64,000 bases of DNA from NCBI GenBank assembly GCA_965215195.1, contig CBDCDC010000001.1, positions 224,001 to 288,000 on the forward strand, given 5' to 3'. This stretch comes from Candidatus Latescibacterota bacterium (lineage in GTDB: Bacteria; Latescibacterota; UBA2968; UBA8231). This document shows, one piece after another, positions 1-7,974 of this stretch. Numbering within the stretch: the first letter of the stretch is position 1; the number at the start of each line of letters is the position of its first letter. Position numbers and translations under genes: made by a program. Below the pieces are notes generated by a model. That model did no database searches and was not told where the DNA came from. It saw only the letters and a program-made list of their open reading frames with translations.

Positions 1-1
1 C

Positions 2-943
2 GACCTGCCGTGGGCCATTATCCGCCTGATTCAACGGGCTGGCCGGGTTGACCGCATCGGCCAAATGGCGGACGATATCCAATGCTATTCCTTTCTTCCC
101 GCCGAAGGGATCGAGCACCTGATCCGGCTGCGGGAGCGCGTACGGGAACGTCTTCGAGAAAACGCCGAGGTGGTAGGAACGGACGAGGCATTCTTCGAGG
201 ATGAAGACCAACAGGCTGTACTCGACCTCTATAACGAGAAAGCCGGCATTCTCGATGGCGACGACGATACAGAAGTTGATCTCTCATCTTATGCCTACCA
301 AATCTGGAAAAACGCAACGGAGGCCGACCCGCCGCTCAAAAAGAAGATCGAGGACTTGCCCTCCGTGGTCTATTCCTCGAAAGCCTACCATGAACGACCA
401 GAGCAACCGGAAGGGGCTCTCGTTTATATGCGTACCGCACAAGGAAACGATGCATTGGCTTGGCTTGGCCGCGATGGTAGCAGCGTTACCGAGAGTCAAT
501 TCGAGATTCTACGGACTGCCGAATGCTCGCCTGACACGCCGGCCTTACCGCGTCACGACACCCATCACGATCTGGTGAGTAAGGCCGTAGAGCACATTGC
601 CCGCGAAGAAAAACAGGTAGGAGGCCAACTTGGGCGACCATCCGGAGCCCGATTTCGCACCTACGAGCGGCTCAAGAGCCATGCTGAACAGGTCGAGGGG
701 ACCCTGTTCGATACGGAGCCCCTACGTCGGGCAATTGACGACATCTATCACTATCCCTTGCGTCAGGCTGCGCTGGATACGCTGAACCGGCAGTTGCGCA
801 GCGGGATTTCCGATGAGGCACTTGCCGAATTGGTCATTACGCTCAGGGCGGAAGACCGGCTCTGCATCGTCCACGAAGAAGAAGAACGCCAAGAACCGAG
901 CATAGTCTGCTCGCTGGGCCTTGTTAAACAGGATGGGAGCTGA
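2..943 (+). CDS. SNF2/SF2-type helicase, C-terminal part (5' truncated by window edge), RM-associated
   Basis: Frame is open from base 2 and reads DLPWAIIRLIQRAGRVDRIGQ (helicase motif VI). Stop lies 1 nt before the methyltransferase ATG. Confidence 0.85.
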   Translation, partial: DLPWAIIRLIQRAGRVDRIGQMADDIQCYSFLPAEGIEHLIRLRERVRERLRENAEVVGTDEAFFEDEDQQAVLDLYNEKAGILDGDDDTEVDLSSYAYQIWKNATEADPPLKKKIEDLPSVVYSSKAYHERPEQPEGALVYMRTAQGNDALAWLGRDGSSVTESQFEILRTAECSPDTPALPRHDTHHDLVSKAVEHIAREEKQVGGQLGRPSGARFRTYERLKSHAEQVEGTLFDTEPLRRAIDDIYHYPLRQAALDTLNRQLRSGISDEALAELVITLRAEDRLCIVHEEEERQEPSIVCSLGLVKQDGS

Positions 944-944
944 A

Positions 945-3900
945 ATGCCGACAACTCTCGACAGAAACAAAGTCAAACAATATCTGGATAACTTCGATCT
1001 CCAGACACTTTTCATTGAGGAACTTGGCTGGGACCGCGGTGGCACGGACACACAAGCCATGGTCGCAGGCAATGCGTATGATCTCGAAGCTATTGCTCAC
1101 AAGCGCGGCATGGTCGCCTACCAATACAGGGCGGACTCGGACGACGCCTTCCCGGACCATCCCACTCGACAGAAGATTGAGAAAACCGTCGTCAAGACCG
1201 TCCGCGAACACATCATCGTTTACACCTCATCCGACAGGGGCACACACCATTGGCAATGGGTGAAGCGTGAACCCGGCCAGCCTGACCGCTCGCGTTCGCA
1301 TATTTACCAAAGGGGGGAGGCTAGAGAATCACTGATTCAGAAGTTGGAGCAAATCGTCTTCACGCTGGACGAGGAAGCCGACCTGACCATCGTCGATGTA
1401 TCGGGGCGGGTGCGCGCGGCCTTCGACGTCGAGAAGGTCACAAAGAGATTCTACGACTGCTTCAAGAAAGAACACCACGCCTTCCTCAGCTTCATCGAAG
1501 GAATCGAGAATGTAGCTGACCGCGAGTGGTACGCCTCGCTGATGCTCAACCGGATGATGTTCATCTACTTTATTCAGAAGCGGGGTTTCCTCGACAACAA
1601 CATCAACTACCTGCGCGACCGCTTGGACCAAGTGCGGCAACAGGGCAACGGCAAATTCCACAATTTTTACCGCTTGTTTCTCCTCAAGCTCTTTCACGAA
1701 GGCTTGGGTCAGCCCGAGGCGGACCGTGCCCCTGAGTTGGCGCAATTGCTCGGCAAAGTCCCGTATCTCAACGGCGGCTTGTTCGACGTACACGACCTAG
1801 AGCAGAATAACCAAGATATTCGCATCCCGGACGAGGCATTTCAGCAGATATTCGATTTCTTCGACGCCTACCAGTGGCACCTCGACGACCGGCCGCTTCG
1901 CAAAGACAACGAGATCAATCCCGACGTGCTCGGCTACATCTTTGAGAAGTACATCAACCAGAAGCAGATGGGGGCCTACTATACCAAGGAGGACATTACC
2001 GGCTACATCAGTCGCAACACCATCATCCCGTTTCTGTTCGACCGAGCGAAGAAGGAGTGCGCCATCGCTTTCGAGCCCGGTGGCGGGGTGTGGCGGCTGT
2101 TAGCGGATGACCCAGATAGGTATTTCTACGAGGCTGTCCGCCATGGCATCACATATAATATCCATACTAGAAAGCCCCTTGCGGAAAAGCGCGAGCTACC
2201 GCCTGAGATAGCTGTTGGCTTAAAAGATGTGTCCAAGCGCGGAGATTGGAACAAGGCGGCCCCGCCCGACTATGCCCTTCCCACCGAAACTTGGCGTGAG
2301 CACGTGGCCCGCCGCCAACGCTATGAAGAGGTCCATGCCAAGCTCGCTGCCGGCGAGGTCACGTCAATCAACGAGCTCATCACGTACAATCTGGACATCG
2401 AGAAATTCGCCCAAGACGCGATCGCCGGGAGCGAGGGGCCGGAACTGGTTCGTGCCTTCTGGAAGGCGATTACTCAGGTCTCCATCCTCGATCCCACCTG
2501 CGGTTCCGGTGCCTTCTTGTTTGCCGCGCTCAACATCTTGGAGCCGATATACACTGCCTGTCTAGAGGCCATGCAGGGGTTCCTCGACGATCTGGGGCGC
2601 TCGGAACGCAAGCACCGCCCAGAGAAACAAAGTGACTTCCGCAAGGTGCTAAAACACGTCGCCGAACACGCCAGTGAACCGTATTTCATTCTCAAGTCTA
2701 TTATTGTCAATAACCTGTACGGCGTGGACATCATGGAAGAGGCCGTGGAAATCTGCAAACTGCGCCTGTTTTTGAAGCTGGTCGCGCAGTTGGAGAGTTA
2801 CGAGCAGATCGAGCCGCTGCCCGATATCGACTTCAACGTCCGCGCTGGCAACACACTCGTTGGGTTCACTTCGTTTAAAGAAGTAGAAAACGCGCTGAGT
2901 TTTGACCTGAGAAAACTGCCGGAGCTTCCAAAAATCGAAGAACGCGCTGAAATCGCTGACCGCGCCTTCCGCAAGTTCCGCGAGATGCAGACTGAACACG
3001 GCATGGACGCGGGTGAATTCACCAGAGCCAAGACTGACTTGCGGAAACGTCTAGATGAACTGCGGGCGGAATTGGACAGCTACTTGGCCGGAGACTATGG
3101 GGTGAAAGTTGACGACGAGACAGCTTATAGGCAATGGCGCGAAAATCACCAGCCTTTCCATTGGTTCGTCGAGTTTTATGGGATTATGGACGGCGGTGGG
3201 TTTGACGTAATTATTGGGAATCCGCCGTATGTCAACTGTAAGTCGCTTGGATACGTTGTGCAGTCTCCTAAGTCCTTAAAATTTCCGGATATTTATGGTT
3301 ATGTAGTCATACAGTCACATTGCATTATAAGCAAGCACGGACGGTGCGGATTTATTGTTCCTCTCTCATTGACCTTCAGCTTTGAATTTTCTGATCTCCG
3401 AGGACAGCTAGCTAGCAGTGGAACTCATTGGTTTTCTTCATTCGACAACATTCCAGCAGCACTCTTTTCTGGAGTAAGTCAGCGATGCACAATCTGGCTT
3501 AGTTCCTCGGAAAACGGTGATTCGTTTGCTACTCGTCTTTTCAGATGGCGCTCAGCATATCGAACTTTTCTGTTAGATAATGTAATCTACAACAAGGCGA
3601 CAAATAGAGTTCCTGCCGCAAGTTTCGGTATTCCCCGCTTGGCGAATCGTTTCGGTACAAAATTGTTAGCGCTTCATATCAAATCATCTTCTTCAAAGTT
3701 AATCTCACCCCGCGGTGCAGGCAGGGCAACAGTCAGATTGGGATTCTCACCAACGGCGCGAAATTTCATCTCCACATATATCGAGCCACCGCCGGTATTG
3801 CATGCGGATAATGGGAGTGTACTCGGTCCTACTCAATGCGGCTGGGTGACTTTGCCTTCAACGAAAAAAACATTTGCAGCTCTCGCGATCACAGCAGGCG

Positions 3901-4388
3901 ATGCCTGTTTCTGGTATTGGCTAACGCGAGGAGATGGATTCCACGTTACAAACTGGTTGCTCATTGACCTTCTGGCTCCCATCGATTCGTTTCCACCAGA
4001 TCATTTGTGCAGACTGGCCATCATCGGAGAATTACTGCACAAGCACAGATATTCTGCGCTTGTCTTCAAGAAAAACGCAGGTAAATATGTTGGGAATTTC
4101 AACTATCAAAAGCTACTTTTGCTGACAAGAAAGGCCGACATCTTGTTTCTATCGGGATTAGGTGCTGGTTGGGATGATTTGAGGGAATTATTCTCCTTCA
4201 TTTCCTTGGTACGCGGTATTAACCAAGAAGCTGGTGAGAAGAATATACCCATGTCAGTAAGAGAACTTTTTTTGCCACCGGGTTCCATTGACTTCTACAC
4301 TGATCACCGTCTGCACGAAATTGACGAGTGGATATCAACGACGTACTCGATTGAGCCTAGGCTAGTTGATGGGATTTCGTTGGCATGA
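945..4388 (+). CDS. Eco57I/type IIG-like N6-adenine DNA methyltransferase with C-terminal target-recognition region
   Basis: YLNGGLF, LGYIFEKY, GAYYT, motif I ILDPTCGSGAFL, LYGVDI, motif IV FDVIIGNPPY. ATG at 945 follows the helicase stop. Confidence 0.9.
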   Translation: MPTTLDRNKVKQYLDNFDLQTLFIEELGWDRGGTDTQAMVAGNAYDLEAIAHKRGMVAYQYRADSDDAFPDHPTRQKIEKTVVKTVREHIIVYTSSDRGTHHWQWVKREPGQPDRSRSHIYQRGEARESLIQKLEQIVFTLDEEADLTIVDVSGRVRAAFDVEKVTKRFYDCFKKEHHAFLSFIEGIENVADREWYASLMLNRMMFIYFIQKRGFLDNNINYLRDRLDQVRQQGNGKFHNFYRLFLLKLFHEGLGQPEADRAPELAQLLGKVPYLNGGLFDVHDLEQNNQDIRIPDEAFQQIFDFFDAYQWHLDDRPLRKDNEINPDVLGYIFEKYINQKQMGAYYTKEDITGYISRNTIIPFLFDRAKKECAIAFEPGGGVWRLLADDPDRYFYEAVRHGITYNIHTRKPLAEKRELPPEIAVGLKDVSKRGDWNKAAPPDYALPTETWREHVARRQRYEEVHAKLAAGEVTSINELITYNLDIEKFAQDAIAGSEGPELVRAFWKAITQVSILDPTCGSGAFLFAALNILEPIYTACLEAMQGFLDDLGRSERKHRPEKQSDFRKVLKHVAEHASEPYFILKSIIVNNLYGVDIMEEAVEICKLRLFLKLVAQLESYEQIEPLPDIDFNVRAGNTLVGFTSFKEVENALSFDLRKLPELPKIEERAEIADRAFRKFREMQTEHGMDAGEFTRAKTDLRKRLDELRAELDSYLAGDYGVKVDDETAYRQWRENHQPFHWFVEFYGIMDGGGFDVIIGNPPYVNCKSLGYVVQSPKSLKFPDIYGYVVIQSHCIISKHGRCGFIVPLSLTFSFEFSDLRGQLASSGTHWFSSFDNIPAALFSGVSQRCTIWLSSSENGDSFATRLFRWRSAYRTFLLDNVIYNKATNRVPAASFGIPRLANRFGTKLLALHIKSSSSKLISPRGAGRATVRLGFSPTARNFISTYIEPPPVLHADNGSVLGPTQCGWVTLPSTKKTFAALAITAGDACFWYWLTRGDGFHVTNWLLIDLLAPIDSFPPDHLCRLAIIGELLHKHRYSALVFKKNAGKYVGNFNYQKLLLLTRKADILFLSGLGAGWDDLRELFSFISLVRGINQEAGEKNIPMSVRELFLPPGSIDFYTDHRLHEIDEWISTTYSIEPRLVDGISLA

Positions 4389-4407
4389 CTATTGAGGGGA
4401 ATTTAAA

Positions 4408-5397
4408 ATGACCATACTAAACAAAACAGACTTATTCCATTCACTGTTCGATGCCTTTCGCCAGAACACAGATTCTGTCTATTTTGTAGGTGGAGATAAC
4501 CCGTACCGATTCTCTTTCAAAGGCAAATTCGTTACTATTTTTGTTGGTAACATTCACTTTGCTAAGCGCACTGATCCAGATGAATATCGGATCCAATGCC
4601 CAGGTAATCTGCCAGCGACGCTGTGCAACAGCAAGCTAAGGGGAGACACGGTACTCATCTTAGGATTTTCTGCAGACGTACATGCCTTCAGTACATGGGA
4701 TCCAGGTAGATTCTTGGATCGGAACCCGAGAGTCCAGCGGTTTTCTGTTTATACTCGATTATCGCGCCTGCAAGAGGCTGCCGCACAGGGATTCTCAACT
4801 CATACCGATACCTCTGGACAAGTCGTGGTCATGTTTCGCCCCGATCTCATCGGCTTGTACTTGGAAAACTCAACAGTACTTCACCAAGCTACTGCTCGGA
4901 AGTTGCGAGAGATAGCCAAAGTCTATAGTAACACCCAATCAGGACAACCTCCTGTGCGACCAATCACTGTTAAACGACAGAGAATTCGGATAACCAGTAC
5001 TGAGTATCCTCGAAGCCCAAAGTTCAGGCAAGATGTGTTAGGAGCGTACTCCTATAGGTGTGCAATGTGCGAGGTTCAATTAGACCTTGTAGAAGCCGCT
5101 CATATTGTACCACACTCTCATCCAAAAGGGCTTGATATAGTGAGTAATGGCTTGGCCCTTTGCGCTCTACATCATCGGTCTTTCGACACGGGACTACTCT
5201 ATGTTCGGGACGATTATTCAATCCATCTGAACCGAGCTAGGGCCAGACACTTGAAAAAGATGGGCAGATCTGATGGGCTAAAGAGGTACAAACGGCAACT
5301 TAGACGTGAACTGCTTCTGCCCATCGAGCATGATTTGCTGCCTGCACCGGATAACCTTACTCTCGGAAATGATCTTCGGGGAGTTGAGTTAGACTGA
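4408..5397 (+). CDS. HNH endonuclease with N-terminal accessory domain
   Basis: C-terminal CAMC...AAHIVP...NGLALCALHHRSFD (HNH_2-type). GAGGGG RBS upstream. Confidence 0.85.
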   Translation: MTILNKTDLFHSLFDAFRQNTDSVYFVGGDNPYRFSFKGKFVTIFVGNIHFAKRTDPDEYRIQCPGNLPATLCNSKLRGDTVLILGFSADVHAFSTWDPGRFLDRNPRVQRFSVYTRLSRLQEAAAQGFSTHTDTSGQVVVMFRPDLIGLYLENSTVLHQATARKLREIAKVYSNTQSGQPPVRPITVKRQRIRITSTEYPRSPKFRQDVLGAYSYRCAMCEVQLDLVEAAHIVPHSHPKGLDIVSNGLALCALHHRSFDTGLLYVRDDYSIHLNRARARHLKKMGRSDGLKRYKRQLRRELLLPIEHDLLPAPDNLTLGNDLRGVELD

Positions 5398-5563
5398 GAA
5401 GTCGACAATGTTTTCCAGAATCGAAATAGATGAACTGGACTGGACTTTGGCTATCAGGATCTCTTTGATATTCCATAGCTGCCGAGTAGACCCATCAATT
5501 AGTGTGGCAATAGGGACAAGATAACGAAGTAGTAGGTGTGCAAATTAAACCGGACGTGAGCAA

Positions 5564-6202
5564 TTGAATACCATACGCTATGGATTGGGAGCACCGGACA
5601 TCCCAGCGGCATTGCGGCGTTGTGCTGACGCCGGAAGCGCACCTGCGTTCACATTGAAAGGCGACCTCGGCATACTTGACAGCACCCAGATTGGCTTCTT
5701 CTGTTCCGTGCGCTGTCCGGGCGACGTGCTCCTCAAGACCTACGATCTTGCGCGGATGCTGCGCGAAACCAACGTGACGATTGTCGGCGGTTTCCAGTCG
5801 CCGATGGAAAAGGAGTGCTTGAACCTGCTGTTGCGCGGCGCGGCGTCCGTGGTGGTCTGTCCGGCGCGAGGGCTTGGCCGGATGCGAATTCCGAAAGGCT
5901 GGAGGGGCCCGCTGGCTGAAGGGCGTTTGCTGATTCTATCCTTTTTCGCCGACGGCATTCGCCGACCCACAGCCGATCTTGCGGTCAAGCGCAATGCCTA
6001 TATCGCTGCGCTCGCCAACCGCATCCTTATTGCCCATGCCGAAAAGGGCGGCAAAACCGAGGCATTGTGCAAGGAAGCACTCACCCACGGAAAATTAGTG
6101 TTTGCCATAGACTCCCCAGATAACGCGCATCTCGTAGAACTCGGCGTTGTGCCGGTCCAGGCTGAAGACCTAGTGAACCTTCTATTAGCTGAAGAGGAGT
6201 AA
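5564..6202 (+). CDS. Short DprA/Smf-like (SLOG fold) protein
   Basis: GDLGIL..IGFFCSVRCPG, GGFQSPME, AVKRNAYIAALA..ILIAHAEKGGKT resemble the DprA Rossmann core. Lacks SAM and winged-helix domains. TTG start is uncertain. Confidence 0.7.
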   Translation: MNTIRYGLGAPDIPAALRRCADAGSAPAFTLKGDLGILDSTQIGFFCSVRCPGDVLLKTYDLARMLRETNVTIVGGFQSPMEKECLNLLLRGAASVVVCPARGLGRMRIPKGWRGPLAEGRLLILSFFADGIRRPTADLAVKRNAYIAALANRILIAHAEKGGKTEALCKEALTHGKLVFAIDSPDNAHLVELGVVPVQAEDLVNLLLAEEE

Positions 6203-6205
6203 ACT

Positions 6206-6289
6206 TTGACCGTAAGCAAGTTCAAAGAACGTCGTGTACATCTTCTCACCGCCGTTACTAACCAGCTTGACGCTGGGAACGCAGCATGA
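6206..6289 (+). pseudogene. Remnant resembling the C-terminus of type I RM specificity subunit HsdS (27-codon mini-ORF)
   Basis: LTVSKFKERRVHLLTAVTNQLDAGNAA* resembles the HsdS tail LKERRxALIxAAVTGQID. GAGGAG RBS plus TTG. Its TGA overlaps the OLD gene ATG (ATGA). Confidence 0.55.
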
Positions 6290-7974
6290 GAGTCACTGCC
6301 GTCCGTATAGAGAATTTTCGTGGCATCAAGCACCTCAAACTAGAGCTTGACGAAACTACGGTTCTGATTGGCGAGAATAATTCGGGCAAGACAGCGGTAC
6401 TCGACGCCTTGCGACTCTGCCTTCGGGATCTCGGGTCGCGGCGGCGCACCGTCTTCGATACCCTCGACTTCCACTTACCCGATACAGGTGCTGAGCCTGC
6501 CTCCGCGGAGCCAATCCAGATCGAAGTCTCGTTCTCTGAGCAAGAGATGGGCGAATGGAACGATCAACTGGTTGGCCGCCTCAATAGAGACGAAATTCTT
6601 CAGGTTGGAGACGACGGACGCAACCATGTGCTCCTGCGGGTGACCTGCAAATACGATTCGACCAGCCGAGATTTCGCACAGGAGTGGTCATTTCTGAACT
6701 TGAATCGGGACCCCCTGACCAATGTGGGACCTCAAGCACTGGCGAGAATCCAGCAAGAAGTTCCCTACTTCTATCTGACCGCACTTCGCGACGCGGCTCA
6801 CCACTTCGATGCGAGTGGCCCGTTCTGGCGGCCATTTCTGAAGGACACCCAACTCCCTATCGAAAAGAAAACTGAAATTGAGCAGAAACTGCGCGCGGTC
6901 AATGAACTCGTCGTCAATTCGCATGCTAGCTTCGGGCAAGTCCGAACGGCACTCCGCCAAGTGCAAGATGTGGTTCCCTTAGCATCGGGTGATGTTGTTT
7001 CGATTGAAGCCGTCCCTGGACGAATGTTCGACATGCTGGCCAAGGCCCAGATTCACTTGGGAACGATGACCGGGGCGAAGATCCCTGTGGGACGACACGG
7101 GGAAGGAACGCAGAGCCTTGCGGTGCTGATGCTATTCTCTGCCTTTCTCAAATTGTCGCCGGACAGGGACCCGATTGTGGCGCTAGAGGAACCGGAGGCT
7201 CATCTGCATCCTTCGGCGGTACGAGCACTCTGGCACCTAGTACACGACTTTTCAGGACAGAAGTTGATCTCGACACACAGCGGTGACCTGCTTGCAGAGA
7301 CCGACATCCATCACATCCGCCGCCTTTCGCGTACGCCGGATGGCATCTCAGCCTTCCAGATTCCTGCAAATCTCCTGTCGGCCGAAGAGAGGCGGAAATT
7401 CAACTACCACATCCGGCTAGTACGCGGAGAACTCCTCTTCGCACGCTGCTGGCTACTAGTCGAAGGGGAGACCGAGGCGTGGATCTATCCTGCGGCGGCC
7501 CGTGCTCTTGGCAAAGACCTCCACCGCGAAGGTGTGAGAGTGATCGAATACAGACAGACCGATGTTGGCTTGCTGACGAAAATTGCGAATGCGCTAGGTA
7601 TCGCTTGGTACTGCGTGGGGGACGACGATTCTCAGCGCCAGAAAACCGAGTCGAAGGTTAAGGAGAATTTGGGTTCAGCCGATTATGCGGACCGGCTCGT
7701 TTTCCCGTACATTGACATCGAGATTCATCTTCTCGGCAACGGATATGACGGGATATATGCGCCCTTCATGCCAGAACAAAATCTGGCCAAGATGGAGAAG
7801 AAACCAAGCGATCCGGACTACTGGATCGAATATGCCAAGAATCTTCCGAGAAAGGCCAAGACCCATGCGGCGGCAGATGTGGCAGTCGAAATGGAAAACC
7901 GTGGCATGGAGGGTGTGACGGAGGAGATTCGCGATGTGTTGGATAAGGTTATCTCACTGTCAGGAGGTGAATGA
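6286..7974 (+). CDS. OLD-family ATP-dependent nuclease (ABC ATPase + TOPRIM), GajA-like
   Basis: IENFRGI, Walker A GENNSGKT, GEGTQS signature, EEPEAHLHP, STHS, TOPRIM LLVEGETE and GDDD. Confidence 0.9.
   Translation: MRVTAVRIENFRGIKHLKLELDETTVLIGENNSGKTAVLDALRLCLRDLGSRRRTVFDTLDFHLPDTGAEPASAEPIQIEVSFSEQEMGEWNDQLVGRLNRDEILQVGDDGRNHVLLRVTCKYDSTSRDFAQEWSFLNLNRDPLTNVGPQALARIQQEVPYFYLTALRDAAHHFDASGPFWRPFLKDTQLPIEKKTEIEQKLRAVNELVVNSHASFGQVRTALRQVQDVVPLASGDVVSIEAVPGRMFDMLAKAQIHLGTMTGAKIPVGRHGEGTQSLAVLMLFSAFLKLSPDRDPIVALEEPEAHLHPSAVRALWHLVHDFSGQKLISTHSGDLLAETDIHHIRRLSRTPDGISAFQIPANLLSAEERRKFNYHIRLVRGELLFARCWLLVEGETEAWIYPAAARALGKDLHREGVRVIEYRQTDVGLLTKIANALGIAWYCVGDDDSQRQKTESKVKENLGSADYADRLVFPYIDIEIHLLGNGYDGIYAPFMPEQNLAKMEKKPSDPDYWIEYAKNLPRKAKTHAAADVAVEMENRGMEGVTEEIRDVLDKVISLSGGE

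Noticed and set aside
2-4388. Calling the helicase-MTase pair DISARM or BREX
   Set aside because: drmA/drmB/drmC and brxC/pglZ are not present downstream; the upstream context is outside the window.
5400-5563. Small ORF between the HNH and SLOG genes
   Set aside because: Short, with no convincing RBS or recognisable motif.
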